The notes: generated by a model from the letters alone, not told the origin. Positions 43,573-54,659 are shown, numbered from the stretch's first letter. The stretch is 64,000 nt of DNA from an uncultured Candidatus Rokubacteria bacterium (GCA_963708025.1 CAVPSB010000022.1:128001-192000), one strand, 5' to 3'. Program-made: numbers and translations.

Positions 43573-45525
43573 CTAGGCAGGAGACGGGCGCCGCTCGCCC
43601 GCCAGCGTCGTCCGCAGCTCCTCGGCCAGGCTCTCGGCGTCCAGGCGGTGGGCCTGGAGCACCTCGGTGTTGCCCCCGCAGAGCGGTACCTGCCGTCAGG
43701 CCCAGGCGCCGGACGCGGGGCAGCGGCCGGCGGGGCAGCTCGGCCAGGTGAGCCGCGCAGCATCTGGCCCTGGCCGCCCGCCACGTAGTGGTTGTCGAGG
43801 GTGAAGATCCACGGGTAGCGCCCGGCGAGGACGTCGAGCCAGTCCGAGGTCGACGCGGTTGAGCCACGGCAGGTTCACCACCGCGACCTCGAGCGCGGCG
43901 CGGCCGGCCAGGAGCTCCGCCGCGCGGTAGGCCTGAGACAGCATGATCGGCCCGTAGGCGATCACCACCGCGTCCCGCCCCTCCCGGACCGTCACGCCCC
44001 GGCCCGGCTCGAGCCGGTAGCCGTCCGGCAGCCGGTAGGGCACCTCGGCCGGGATCGAGACCAGGCGGAGGTACGAGCTCCCCGCGGCGCGGTTCACGCA
44101 GTAGTCGACGGCCAGCTCCACCTCGGCCTCGGTCGACGGCTCGATGAGCTCCAGGCCCGGGATCGAGCCCAGGATGGCGACGTCGCGCACCGACTGGTGC
44201 GAGTGCCCCGGCCCCGCGGGCAGCAGCCCCGCCAGGGAGGCCACGTAGATGACGCGCGTCCGCTCGGTGGCGTTGTTGTAGATCTGCTCGTTGGGGCGCG
44301 TGGACAGGAAGCACGCGAAGGAGTGCACCACGGGCAGGAGTCCCCGCAGCGCCAGGCCCCCGGCCTGAGAGACCATGTCCTGCTCCGCGATGCCGCACTC
44401 GATGAAGCGCTCGGGAAAGCGCTCCCGGAAGGGGATCAGGCCGCAGTCCAGGACCAGGTCGGCGTCGAGGACCACCAGCCGCGGATTGCGCTCGGCCTCC
44501 CGCACCAGCGCGCGGCCGTAGGCCCCCACCAGCCGCTGGACCGCCTCCGTGGCCCGGGTGACCGGGCGCTCCACGCGCTCGAGGTGGAGCTCCGCGGCCC
44601 CGCCCGCTCGCAGGAGCCCGTTGGCGGCGTCGATCAGCTCCGCCACCGCCTTGGCGTAGACGTCGTCACCGGGCGCGCCGCTGTGATAGCGGTAGAGGCG
44701 CGCCGTGGGGTCCGCCGCGTCCGGATCCATCCCGGCCGGCTCCATGAAGGACACGCCCTTGCCCTTGAGCGTGTCGGCGATCAGGAGCTTGGGACGGTCC
44801 GGGAGGGCCCGGAGCCGGGCCAGGGCCTGTCCCAGCGCGGCCATGTCGTGGCCGTCACAGCGGTCCACGTGCCAGCCGAAGGCCCGGAACTTCGCCCCGA
44901 GGTCCCCCAGATCGCTGGTGTCGGCCACCCAGGTGTCGGACTGGATCTGGTTCCGATCGACGATGACGGTCAGCTCGCCCAGGCCCAGGCGCGCGGCCGT
45001 GGGCAGGGACTCCCAGATCTGGCCCTCCTGGAGCTCGCCGTCGCCCGTCATGACGAAGATCCGCTCCTCCCGGCCCAGCAGGCGGTTGGCCAGCACCATC
45101 CCCTTCGCCTTGGAGATCCCCATCCCCAGCGAGCCGGTGTTGGCCTCGATCCCGGCCACCGAGACGTCGGGGTGCCCCGGCAGCCCTCCCAGGCGGCGGA
45201 GCTGGTGGAGCCGGTCGAAGGGCAGGAGCCCGAGCCCGATGAGGACCGCGTAGAGGGCCGGCACGTCGTGGCCCTTGGAGGAGAAGAAGCGATCGCAGGG
45301 TCCACCGGGATCGGGCGAGCGCCGCAGCTCCTCGAGGAACAGCCACGCCACGACGTCCTGCGAGCTGAAGCTGGTCCCGATGTGCCCGGAGCCCGCCCGC
45401 GCGATCATGTAGAGCGTGTTGATCCGGCACGCGGCGGCGAAGGTCGCCGCTCGGTGCGCGGGCGCCACCGGCAGGGTCCGGAGACGCGTCAGCTCGGCGA
45501 GCGGGACGTAGAGGAGATCGGCCAT
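43573..45525 (-). CDS. Single-chain transketolase-like TPP enzyme (apparent frameshifts at ~43690-43850)
   Basis: GSGHIG, SKGH, LPGHP, TGSLGMG, GDGELQEGQIWE, TLKGKG, ECGIAEQDMV, GHSHQS; the C-terminus continues in other frames to TAG at 43573. Confidence 0.88.
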
Positions 45526-45538
45526 GCTCGGGACCCCG

Positions 45539-47455
45539 TCACCCCACTGCCACCGGGGCCACGCTCCCCGGCCGGCTGTCCACGAACGTCCGGTGCCACA
45601 GCTCCAGCATCAGGAGAGCCCACAGGCGATGGTGGTGGTGCCCCCGCCCCGCGACGTGCTCCTCCAGGTAGCGCCGCACCACATCATGCCGGAAGTACCC
45701 CCGCGCGCGCGCCCGGTCACCCAGCAGGAGGTCCTGCGCCGGCTCGCGGAGCTCGTGGCGCAGCCAGTGGTCGATCGGGACCCCGAACCCCCGCTTCCCC
45801 CGGCGCAGCACGGGCTCGGGGAGCACCCCGCGCATCACCCGCTTCAGCAGGTACTTCTGGGTGAGGCCCCGCAGCTTGAGGGACGGGGGGAGCGATGCCG
45901 CGAACTCCATCACCTCGTGGTCCAGGAATGGCGAGCGCACCTCCAGGGAGTGCGCCATGCTGGCGATGTCCATCTTCACCAGCAGGTCGTCGGGCAGGTA
46001 GAGCTGGACGTCGGTATGCACGGCCCGTTCGAGGACGCTGGGCGCGTCCGAGGCATCCCAGGCGGCCTCCAGGATCGCTAGCGAGTCCACCGCCCCGACC
46101 TCCTGCCGGAACTCGGGGGTGTAGAGCTCGGCCTTCTGGGCGTCGTGAAAGCAGGAGAGCCACCCGGCGTACCGGCGCCGCGGGTCCAGCACCAGCAGCT
46201 CGGCGAACCGCCGGGCCCGGTAGCCCGGCGAGCGTGGCGGGCCCGCCGGGAGCGGGCGGCTCGCGACGAAGGCGGCGCGCCGGAGCGTGCGCGGCAGGTG
46301 GTCCAGCCAGCCCGCCAGCACCGTCGCCAGGTAGCGCTCGTAGCCCACGAAGGCCTCGTCCCCGCCGTCCCCGCTCAGGGCCACGGTGACGGAGCCCCGG
46401 GTCATCTCGGACAGGGACATGGAGGGGAGCGCCGACGAATCGGCGAAGGGCTCGTCGTAGTGCCAGACCAGCCGCGGCAGCATCGCCGTGGCGTCGGGCT
46501 TGACCACCAGCTCGCAGTGCTCGGTCTCGAAGCGCTGCGCCACCAGGCGCGCGTAACGCGTCTCGTCGTACTCCGGCCGGTCGAAGCCGATGGAGAAGGT
46601 GCGCAGGGGACCGGAGGCGACCCGCCGCATCAGGGCCACCACCACGCTGGAGTCGATGCCGCCGCTCAGGAGCGCGCCCAGGGGCACGTCGCTGATGAGG
46701 CGCAGTCGGACCGCCGTCTCCAGCCGCGACAGGAGCTCCTCCCCCAGCTCCGCCTCGGTCCCGGCGCGCTTGGGCGTGTACCGGAGCGTCCAGTAGCGCT
46801 CGAGCTCGAGCCGGCCGTCCCGGACCAGCAGGTAATGCGCGGGAGGGAGCTTCCGCAGGCCGCGGAAGGCCGACGACGGGCTCGGGACGTACCCGTAGGT
46901 GAGGTAGTGGTGGATGGCCGTGAGGTCGACCCCGACCGGCACCTCCGGGTCCTGGAAGATCGCCTTGGGCTCCGATGCGAACAGGAGGCGCTCGGGGTCG
47001 TGGTAGTAGACCAGGGGTTTCTTCCCCAGCCGGTCCCGGGCCAGGAACAGGGTGCGCTGGCCCCGGTCCCAGATGGCGAAGGCGAACATCCCGCGGAGGA
47101 AGCGGACGCACGCGGGCCCGTGGCGCGCGTAGAGGGCCAGGATCACCTCGGTGTCGCTCCGGGAGCGGAACACCACGCCCTGCCGCTCCAGGTCGGCGCG
47201 CAGCTCGATGTGGTTGTAGATCTCGCCGTTGTAGGTGATCCAGAGCCGCCCGTCGGCGCTCGCCATGGGCTGGTGGCCGCCCGGGCTCAGGTCGATGATC
47301 GCCAGCCGTCGCGAGACGAGGCCCAGCGGTCCCTCGCAATGGACCCCCGCGTCGTCCGGTCCGCGGTGCGCCAGGATGGCGCCCATGCGCTCCAGCAGCG
47401 CGGGCTCCACGGCCCGCGCCGGATCGAAGTAGAGCTTCCCCGCGATCCCGCACAT
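45539..47455 (-). CDS. asnB: Asparagine synthase (glutamine-hydrolysing)-like amidotransferase
   Basis: MCGIAG, HRGPDD, NGEIYN, SDTEV, LSGGIDSS, SGDGGDE, SLEVRSPFLD. Confidence 0.93.
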   Translation of the reverse strand: MCGIAGKLYFDPARAVEPALLERMGAILAHRGPDDAGVHCEGPLGLVSRRLAIIDLSPGGHQPMASADGRLWITYNGEIYNHIELRADLERQGVVFRSRSDTEVILALYARHGPACVRFLRGMFAFAIWDRGQRTLFLARDRLGKKPLVYYHDPERLLFASEPKAIFQDPEVPVGVDLTAIHHYLTYGYVPSPSSAFRGLRKLPPAHYLLVRDGRLELERYWTLRYTPKRAGTEAELGEELLSRLETAVRLRLISDVPLGALLSGGIDSSVVVALMRRVASGPLRTFSIGFDRPEYDETRYARLVAQRFETEHCELVVKPDATAMLPRLVWHYDEPFADSSALPSMSLSEMTRGSVTVALSGDGGDEAFVGYERYLATVLAGWLDHLPRTLRRAAFVASRPLPAGPPRSPGYRARRFAELLVLDPRRRYAGWLSCFHDAQKAELYTPEFRQEVGAVDSLAILEAAWDASDAPSVLERAVHTDVQLYLPDDLLVKMDIASMAHSLEVRSPFLDHEVMEFAASLPPSLKLRGLTQKYLLKRVMRGVLPEPVLRRGKRGFGVPIDHWLRHELREPAQDLLLGDRARARGYFRHDVVRRYLEEHVAGRGHHHHRLWALLMLELWHRTFVDSRPGSVAPVAVG

Positions 47456-47553
47456 CGCTGATCCCTTATAGCACGCCGGCGGGACCCGGCAGGGGGCGGC
47501 GCCCTCCAGCCATCACCCGATCGCCCCGGGGGAGCCCCGGCCGACGGCCGGAC

Positions 47554-48768
47554 TCACGCCCGGCTCCCGGCTGCCACGATCTCGCTCACGGGCCCGGGCG
47601 CGCCGGCCGCCAGGGCCGCATAGAGCCGCGTGTAGCGCCCGACGCACGCCTCCAGGGAAAACTCCGCGGCGACCCGCTGCCGCCCCGCCTCGCCCATCTG
47701 CCGCCGGCGCGCCGGATCGCGGGCGAGGCTCAGGATCGCCTGACCCAGAGCCCGGGGATCCCGCGGGGGGACCACCAGCCCCGAGACGCCATGGGTCACG
47801 GCCTCGGCGTTCCCCCCCACGTCGGTCACGACCATGGGGAGGCCGGCCGCCATTCCCTCGAGGACGCTGTTGTTGAACCCCTCCTCGTGGGATGCCAGCA
47901 CCCCGATGTCGCTCGCGCCGAACAGCTCCGGAACGTCGCGCCGCTCGGCGAGCCACAGGATCTGGCGGTCCAGCCCGAGGTCCCGGGCCCGAGCCCGCAA
48001 CGCGGAGCCGATCCCGTCGTCGCGCCCGGCGCACAGAAGTCGCCAGCCCCCCGGCAGCTCGGCGGCGATCCCCGCGAGGGCCTCCAGGAGGTCGGCGTGT
48101 CCCTTGTACGGGATCAGGTTGGCCACCGTCGTCAGCACGAGCGGGCAGGCGTCCAGCCCGAGCCGCGCTCGCGCCGCCGCCGGCGGCGGCAGCGACCGGA
48201 AGCGCTCGAGGTCGACGCCGTTGTAGATCAGCCCGAGCCGCTCCGCCGCCACCCCCTCGGCCGCCAGCTCGGCCAGGACGGCCCGGGAGTTGGCCAGGAC
48301 CGCGACCATCCGGGCGTGGAGCCGCCGCTCGAGCCGCGCCAGCACCGGATGCCGCCGCTGGTAGCGATTGAGGCTCCGGCGGCTCATCACGCAGCGCCGC
48401 TGGCCCGCCACCAGGGCGCACAGGCCGCCGACCAGGTAGGCCTCGGGGAGGAAGAAGTGGACGATGCCCGGACGCCTACGTCGCATGAGCCAGACCAGCC
48501 GCACCGTGGTCACCGGCGCCGTCACGGCCCACCGGATCGCGCGGGGCAGCCGGCGCAGCGCCGACCCTAGCGGCGGCATGACCACCTCCACGCCGGCGGC
48601 GGCCAGATCGGCCGCCAGGGCTCCCCCGGCGGCGAGCGTGTAGACGAGCGGCCGGAGCCCCTCGCCCGCCAGCCGGGGCAGGATCGCGGCCAGATGGCGC
48701 TCCGCCCCCCCGACGGCCAGGTCGCCGATCACGAAGAGGATCGGGGCGGTCGCGGGCACCGCGCTCAC
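47554..48768 (-). CDS. Glycosyltransferase family 4
   Basis: GGAERHL, VANLIPYKGH, SHEEGFNNSVLEGMA. Confidence 0.9.
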   Translation of the reverse strand: MSAVPATAPILFVIGDLAVGGAERHLAAILPRLAGEGLRPLVYTLAAGGALAADLAAAGVEVVMPPLGSALRRLPRAIRWAVTAPVTTVRLVWLMRRRRPGIVHFFLPEAYLVGGLCALVAGQRRCVMSRRSLNRYQRRHPVLARLERRLHARMVAVLANSRAVLAELAAEGVAAERLGLIYNGVDLERFRSLPPPAAARARLGLDACPLVLTTVANLIPYKGHADLLEALAGIAAELPGGWRLLCAGRDDGIGSALRARARDLGLDRQILWLAERRDVPELFGASDIGVLASHEEGFNNSVLEGMAAGLPMVVTDVGGNAEAVTHGVSGLVVPPRDPRALGQAILSLARDPARRRQMGEAGRQRVAAEFSLEACVGRYTRLYAALAAGAPGPVSEIVAAGSRA

Positions 48769-49862
48769 CGCGCCGCCGCCACCACGTCGAGCAGCTGGTC
48801 CCACATCCCCATGACCCTCGGGACCCCGAACCGCTCGCGCACCTCCAGCGCCCGGGCCGCCAGGCGCCGGCGCTCGGCGGCGTCCGCCATGAGGCGGTCC
48901 ATGGCGGCGCCGAGCGCCTCGGGGTCCCCCGGCGCGACCAGCAGCCCGTCGACGCCGTCGCGGACGATCTCCCGCACGCCCTCGTGGTACTCCGTGGCGA
49001 TCACCGCGAGGCCACAGGCCATGGCCTCGACGAGTGCCATGGGGAACGCCTCCGTCCGGGAGGCGAGGACGAACAGGTCGCCGCGCCTCAGCACCTCATG
49101 GGGCTCGCGGACCACGCCGCGCAGCTCGACCCGATCCCGGAGCCCGAGCGCGTCCCGCAGCGCCTCCAGGTCCGCGCGCCGCGGCCCGTCCCCCAGGATC
49201 AGCAGGCGCCAGTCCGGACGGGTCGGGCTCACCCGCGCGAAGGCGCGGAGCAGCAGGTCGAACCGCTTCTCCTCCCCCAGGCGCCCCATGGACACCACGG
49301 TGCGGACCGAGGCGGCCGGGTCGCCCGCCAGCCCGGCGTCGCCGGGGACCTCCACCGCGTTCGGGATCACGACCACCCGGGTCCCGAGCCAGGCGGCGAA
49401 GACCCGCCGCGTCCGCTCGTTGAGCACCACGACGCGACGCGCCCCGGGGTAGGTCCAGCGGCGCAGCCCCTGCCAGAATGGGCCGATCCGGGTCAGCGGG
49501 TCCGAGTGCTCGGCGACGATCACCGGGACTCCCAGCGGGCGGGCGGCCAGGAGGGTGAGCACGTTGGTCCGGTCGATGAGGCTGATCACCACGCTCGCCT
49601 TCAGCCCGGCCAGGGTCTCCCGCAGGCGGCGGATCCGCCCCAGGTTGCGCCAGACGGCGTGCACCGGCGTCGGCGACTCCCCGGCGAGCGCCAGGTCCAC
49701 GCGCTTCACCCGCGCGTCCAGCCGGTAGAAGGGCTCCCCGGCGCCGAGGGTCACGACGGTCACCTCCCGTCCCGCCGCCCCCCAGTGGTTGGCCATGGTG
49801 GCCAGCACGCGCTCCGCCCCTCCCGGTCCCAGTGAGCTGATGACGAGCGCGATGCGGCTCAC
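48765..49862 (-). CDS. Glycosyltransferase family 4 (PglH/PglJ-like)
   Basis: SSLGPGGAERV, GRLGEEKRFD, SRTEAFPMALVEAMACG. Confidence 0.9.
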   Translation of the reverse strand: MSRIALVISSLGPGGAERVLATMANHWGAAGREVTVVTLGAGEPFYRLDARVKRVDLALAGESPTPVHAVWRNLGRIRRLRETLAGLKASVVISLIDRTNVLTLLAARPLGVPVIVAEHSDPLTRIGPFWQGLRRWTYPGARRVVVLNERTRRVFAAWLGTRVVVIPNAVEVPGDAGLAGDPAASVRTVVSMGRLGEEKRFDLLLRAFARVSPTRPDWRLLILGDGPRRADLEALRDALGLRDRVELRGVVREPHEVLRRGDLFVLASRTEAFPMALVEAMACGLAVIATEYHEGVREIVRDGVDGLLVAPGDPEALGAAMDRLMADAAERRRLAARALEVRERFGVPRVMGMWDQLLDVVAAAR

Positions 49863-50959
49863 GCCCCCGCGACCGCCGTCGCGCAGAGCCGCCCGAGGCG
49901 CTCGGCGAAGCCCGCGATGCTCCCCTCGGCACACACCGTCTCACGGCCACGGACGCCGAGGCGCGCGCGGGCAGCCGAGTCGGCGGCCACCCCGCCGATC
50001 GCCGCAACCAGCGCAGCCGCGTCGCCGCCCGGAACCAGCAGGACGTTGTCGCCGTCCCGCATCATGGTCGACGACCAGAGCCCGGCCGTCCGCGTGAGCA
50101 CCACGGGCGCTCCGCACGCCATGGCCTGGAGACACACCGACTGCCCCGAGGGCTGCCGGCTCTCCACCAGCGGGATCACCACGCACAGGGCCTGCTGGTA
50201 CAGCCGGCGGAGCTCATCGTCGGACACCTCCTCGCCGTGCAGCGTGCCGCGCCGCAGCTGGACGTTGGGGGGGACGCCGCGGGAGATCGGCCGGCTCGTC
50301 ACCACCACGAACTCCCGATCGACCCGCGCGGCCGCCTCCATCAACAGCTCGTAGTCCCGCCGGGCGTCGTTCCCCACCGACAGCACGTAGTCCCCGACCG
50401 AGCCGTCCCCGGGTCGCCAGAAGGCCGTGTTAACCCCGAACTGGTTCACCACCAGCCGTCCTTCGGCGAGGCCGTACCACGCCCGGAGCGGCTCCAGCTC
50501 CCCTTCCCCGTACAGCTGCGCCCACATCCGGCGGAGCAGGTAGCCGTTGACCTGGCGCTTGACCCAGTTCGGACGGTGATGCAGGAGGCCCACCAGGATC
50601 CCCACCACGGGAGGCCGGAGCCGGCCGAGGCGGCGCCAGAGCGCGAGCGCCAGGGCGAGCCCCGGCGTGGTCCCGACCACCACGTCGAACCCCCCGAGCT
50701 GGTCCAGGAGCCGGCCCACCGCCCGGAACGAGCCGGGCTCCACCCGCGACGGGAGCCAGCGCCGGCGCTGAAGCCAGCCCAGCGCCGCGCCGGACAGGCG
50801 CCCGCCGCCCGGCGCCTCGCCGGGCTCGAAGTAGCCGACATCGTGAGCGCCACGGGCCAGCTCGATCGCCCCGTAGAAGAACTCGCTCGGCGCCGCGCCG
50901 CGCCGGACCCGGGGCAGGCGAGGCAGCCGCCCCGCGCTGTAGACGAAGGCGATCCTCAC
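49859..50959 (-). CDS. Glycosyltransferase family 4
   Basis: SVGNDARRDY, SGQSVCLQAMACGAPVV. Confidence 0.82.
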   Translation of the reverse strand: MRIAFVYSAGRLPRLPRVRRGAAPSEFFYGAIELARGAHDVGYFEPGEAPGGGRLSGAALGWLQRRRWLPSRVEPGSFRAVGRLLDQLGGFDVVVGTTPGLALALALWRRLGRLRPPVVGILVGLLHHRPNWVKRQVNGYLLRRMWAQLYGEGELEPLRAWYGLAEGRLVVNQFGVNTAFWRPGDGSVGDYVLSVGNDARRDYELLMEAAARVDREFVVVTSRPISRGVPPNVQLRRGTLHGEEVSDDELRRLYQQALCVVIPLVESRQPSGQSVCLQAMACGAPVVLTRTAGLWSSTMMRDGDNVLLVPGGDAAALVAAIGGVAADSAARARLGVRGRETVCAEGSIAGFAERLGRLCATAVAGA

Positions 50960-50962
50960 GCG

Positions 50963-51005
50963 CCGCGGCCCTGTCGGAGCCCCGCGGCCCTGTCGGAGCC
51001 CCGCG
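50963..51005. repeat. 19-bp tandem direct repeat (about 2.2 copies)
   Basis: ccgcggccctgtcggagcc twice, immediately upstream of the GTG at 50959. Confidence 0.8.
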
Positions 51006-51026
51006 CCCCACCCTCCGGGCCGTCGT

Positions 51027-52151
51027 TCAGTTCCGCCCCGCCGTGCGGGCCAGGAGCCCGCCCAGGAACGCCGAGTGCTGTCGCGCCACCACCGCCGTGG
51101 CATAGTGTCGCTCCACCACCGCGCGGGCCGCCGCCTCCTCGGCGTCCAGATCGATCCCGGTCCCCAGGAGCGCCTCCAGGGCGGCCTCCCACTCTTCCGC
51201 GGTGCCGCACACCCGGATGCCCCCGCCCCCCGCGCGCTCCGCGACGCGCACGTAGCTCGGCACGGGGCTGCACAACGCGACGCGTCCGCAGGCCATGGCG
51301 AGCGTGATCTTCCACTCGGTGTGGCCGAGGTTGTAGGAGTTGTCCAAGAAGCGGGGCGAGATGGCCACGCCGCCCCGAGCATACACGGAGAACAGGTGCG
51401 CGATCCCCCGGTACGGCACGATCTGGTAGGGAACCCGACCCAGCAAGGCCTCGAACTGCGCCCGCCGGTCGGCGTGCCAGCGCTCCAGCGCCGACAGCGC
51501 GTTGGTCACCAGCACCAGCTCCACGTGTCGCGCGTAGCGGCACAGCACGTCCTCGATCGCCAGGATCTCGAAGAGCTTGACGGCCTCCCCGCTCCAGAGC
51601 AGTCGCAGCGGTGCCCCCGCCCGTCGCCACGGTGTGGACGGCGGCACCAGCTCCATGGCCACGCTGTCGGGGATCCACGTCGCGTTGGGATTGTGGCAGA
51701 GGCAGCGGGTCAGGATGACCTCCGAGTCCGCGATCACCCCGTCGGCGGCCTCCGTGATCGCCACCGCCTGGACGGTCTGCTCTCCGCTCGGGAGCATCCC
51801 CCGGTAGTACTCGACGCCCGAGCGCTCGTAGTAGTTGACGTTCGCGTCGAACACCGTCGTCCCCCCGCGCTCCCGGCAGCGCCGCAGCAGCGCGAGGCTC
51901 CGCGGGCCCATCGACTTGAGGAACACCAGCCCATCGTAGCGCCGCCACCGCCGGTAGATCTCGTGGTGGAGCCCGAGCTCCGGCCGGGCGTTGACGTGGG
52001 CGGCGAGCCAGGCGTAGCGCGCCAGCCCCACGCCTCCCGTGGTCAGGCCGGCGGTCCGGTGGAACGGGGACCGCTCGAGCTGGTCGCCGATGACCCAGCC
52101 GATCCGTCGCGGGCGCCCCCGGTCCGAGCGCGAGGGCCTCACGGGCGCCAT
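51027..52151 (-). CDS. Putative GT-B glycosyltransferase
   Basis: ADGVIADS, LLWSG, HTEWKITLAMACG...SPVPSY. Confidence 0.7.
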   Translation of the reverse strand: MAPVRPSRSDRGRPRRIGWVIGDQLERSPFHRTAGLTTGGVGLARYAWLAAHVNARPELGLHHEIYRRWRRYDGLVFLKSMGPRSLALLRRCRERGGTTVFDANVNYYERSGVEYYRGMLPSGEQTVQAVAITEAADGVIADSEVILTRCLCHNPNATWIPDSVAMELVPPSTPWRRAGAPLRLLWSGEAVKLFEILAIEDVLCRYARHVELVLVTNALSALERWHADRRAQFEALLGRVPYQIVPYRGIAHLFSVYARGGVAISPRFLDNSYNLGHTEWKITLAMACGRVALCSPVPSYVRVAERAGGGGIRVCGTAEEWEAALEALLGTGIDLDAEEAAARAVVERHYATAVVARQHSAFLGGLLARTAGRN

Positions 52152-52173
52152 CCGGCCGCCAGCGGGCGCCCGC

Positions 52174-52974
52174 TCATCCGCCCGGGAAGAACGCCGAGGC
52201 GTCCTTGCTGACGAGCTCCCCCCGCATGTACTTCTCGCGCTTCCACTTCCCGGGCGCGGCCGGCCCCCGCCGCCACGGGAACCCCAGGCGGATCCGCTCC
52301 AGGAAGCCCCGCGCGGCCAGATCCATCAGGTTGGGCCGGTCACGGCCTTCCCGGTCCCGGCTGCTCCGGCGCAGGAAGCAGGTGTGGAGGCACCGGTACG
52401 CCGACTCGTCCCACGACGCCTGCTCGTGGAGGTTCAGGCGGAGCGAGGCGTCGAAGCCCTCCCGGAAGACCGGGGTCCCCCCGTGGAGCCGCTCCAGGCA
52501 CGGCCCGTCCCAGCGAGAGATCGCGTGGAAGTTGTACAGCTTGGTCATGCTGCGGCAGGGCGGCGCCAGGTACCCCGTCGCCTCGTTGCGCTCCCGGTCG
52601 ATCGTCATGCAGTTCAGCACGTTGCCGAAGACCACCCACCACCGGTCCAGCTCGCCCCCGAGCAGGGTCTCCCGGAACCGGGCCAGACCGACCGGGTCGT
52701 AGATCTCGTCCCCATCGACCCCGAACACCCAGGTCCGCGTGCCAGCGAACGGCTGGATCCAGGTGTGGGAGTCACCGGTCCGCCGGATCCGCCGGCACTC
52801 GATCTTGTCGTGGTGGGCGGCCAGTCCCTGGACGATCTCCCACGTCCGGTCCCGGGAGCCGTGGTCGGCGACGAGGACGCGGTCGCAGAAGTCCAGCACG
52901 TTGCGCACCGCCCGCTCGACGTACACGTCCTCGTTCCTCACCAGGCAGATCCCGACGATCTGCGCGTCACCCAC
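52174..52974 (-). CDS. Glycosyltransferase family 2-like
   Basis: LVRNED...VADHGSRDRT...VDGDE. Confidence 0.8.
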   Translation of the reverse strand: MGDAQIVGICLVRNEDVYVERAVRNVLDFCDRVLVADHGSRDRTWEIVQGLAAHHDKIECRRIRRTGDSHTWIQPFAGTRTWVFGVDGDEIYDPVGLARFRETLLGGELDRWWVVFGNVLNCMTIDRERNEATGYLAPPCRSMTKLYNFHAISRWDGPCLERLHGGTPVFREGFDASLRLNLHEQASWDESAYRCLHTCFLRRSSRDREGRDRPNLMDLAARGFLERIRLGFPWRRGPAAPGKWKREKYMRGELVSKDASAFFPGG

Positions 52975-53824
52975 CGGGGCCTCGCTCGGCTCCGGACACG
53001 GAGCGCTCCTCCCGGGCCCGAACCTCCGCCCAGATCTCGCCCCAGTTGACGCGCAGGTCGGTCACGGCCAGGTCGGCCGCCCCGATCTCGGCCACGAAGC
53101 TCTCGCGGGTGTACTCCGTGAAGTGGGTGTCGTCGCTGAAGTACGGGAGCCCGAGTTCCCGGCGCACCGGGATGCGCCAGTCCCGATCGACCATCGGCAC
53201 CCGGATGAGCCAGCGCCGGGGCCGCACCCGGGCCTGGACGCGCCGCAGGAACTGGGATCGATCCTCGATATGCTCCAGGACATTCGACAGGACGACGGTG
53301 TCGAACTCTCCCTCCGGCAAGCGGGTCAGCGCGTCGCCGTGCACGAACGCCAGGTTGGCGTGCCGGAACAGCGCCCGGGCCCGTTCGATGTTCCGCGGGT
53401 CGCTGTCCATGCCCACCACCACGGCCCCGGCCCGCGAGACGATCGAGTGCGCGACGGCGCCATAGCCGCAGCCGATGTCCAGGACGCGCTCGTGGGGCTG
53501 CACCCGCTCGACGAAGAAGTCGTGGTAGCCGGTCACGCGGTGCTTGACGTGCACGCCGTCACCATACCGCAGGGCGACCTGGTTGACGTACCCGCTCAGG
53601 TCGTCCTCGACCTCCAGGAGCGCGCGCATCGCGGCCTCCGGCGAGGGCTGCTCGGCCGCCACCGACAGGACCACCCGGACCAGCCGGCGCCGCCAGGCGC
53701 CGGGCACGAGCCGGAGCGGAAGGCCGATCACGCTCCTGACCACGTTCCTCATCGTCCACCCGTGGGCGGACGCGTGGGACGTCGTCGGGGCCGTCGGGGC
53801 GCTCGACGCCGTCGAATCCGTCAT
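52967..53824 (-). CDS. Class I SAM-dependent methyltransferase
   Basis: VLDIGCGYG, FDTVVLSNVLEHI. Confidence 0.88.
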   Translation of the reverse strand: MTDSTASSAPTAPTTSHASAHGWTMRNVVRSVIGLPLRLVPGAWRRRLVRVVLSVAAEQPSPEAAMRALLEVEDDLSGYVNQVALRYGDGVHVKHRVTGYHDFFVERVQPHERVLDIGCGYGAVAHSIVSRAGAVVVGMDSDPRNIERARALFRHANLAFVHGDALTRLPEGEFDTVVLSNVLEHIEDRSQFLRRVQARVRPRRWLIRVPMVDRDWRIPVRRELGLPYFSDDTHFTEYTRESFVAEIGAADLAVTDLRVNWGEIWAEVRAREERSVSGAERGPGG

Positions 53825-54594
53825 TCGGCGGCCGGCGCGCGAGCGGCTTCCCGGACCCGCGCCAGCAGCTCCTCCGGCGCCGGGAGCCGCTCGAGGGCCC
53901 ACCAGGGGGCGTGGCGGGCGAGATCGGCCAGCGCGTAGCCGCCGGAGGCCACCGCGATGGCCCTGGCGCCGATCTCCCGCGCGCACCGGATGTCGTGCGG
54001 CGTGTCGCCGATGACGTAGGTGCGCCCGGCGGTGAGGTCCGGACCCAGCAGCTCGCGCGCGCGGGTCAGCGCCCGGCGGGCGATGGCCGGACGATCCGCG
54101 AGGCCGTCGGCGAACGCGCCGTGGGCGAAGTAGGCGTCGAGCCCGTAGTGGCGGAGCTTCGCGTGGCCGCCGGCCTCCGTGTTCCCGGTGAGCAGGAGGG
54201 AGCACACGTCGGGGCACGCCCGGAGATGCTCCAGGATCTCGCGGACCCCCGGCAGCACGCTCCCCCTCCGCGTCGGCAGGCTGTCGGGGAGCAGCGCCTC
54301 GTAGCGGCGCAGCAGCTCGGTCAGGCGGTCCGGCGCCAAGCCGAAGCTCCCGAGGATGCGCGCCGCGATCTCGACGTCGGTCAGGCCGGCGGTCTCGAGC
54401 TGGCTGAAGTCCACGGCGCGGCCCAGCAGCGCCCCGGTGGCGCCCTCCCAGGCCAGGATTCCCGCCCGACCCGTGGTGAGCAGCGTGCCATCGATGTCCC
54501 AGAAGAGGACGATCGCGCCCTGCTCCGCTGGGCCGGCGGGACGCCGGTGTCCGGCCAGCCGAGCGGTGTTCCCCGGGCCCGCCCCTTCCCCCAT
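53821..54594 (-). CDS. HAD family hydrolase/phosphatase (start uncertain)
   Basis: FWDIDGTLL, LLTGN, VIGDTPHDI. Confidence 0.88.
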   Translation of the reverse strand: MGEGAGPGNTARLAGHRRPAGPAEQGAIVLFWDIDGTLLTTGRAGILAWEGATGALLGRAVDFSQLETAGLTDVEIAARILGSFGLAPDRLTELLRRYEALLPDSLPTRRGSVLPGVREILEHLRACPDVCSLLLTGNTEAGGHAKLRHYGLDAYFAHGAFADGLADRPAIARRALTRARELLGPDLTAGRTYVIGDTPHDIRCAREIGARAIAVASGGYALADLARHAPWWALERLPAPEELLARVREAARAPAAE

Positions 54595-54627
54595 GATCGA
54601 GTCCTGGTCTGCCTCCGACCCGAACGG

Positions 54628-54634
54628 TATATTA
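54628..54634. promoter_or_regulatory. Overlapping divergent -10 boxes (TATATT on +, TAATAT on -)
   Basis: Only AT-rich patch between the divergent HAD and membrane-protein genes. Confidence 0.45.
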
Positions 54635-54659
54635 CATGGGGTCTTCGGGTCGACGGAAG

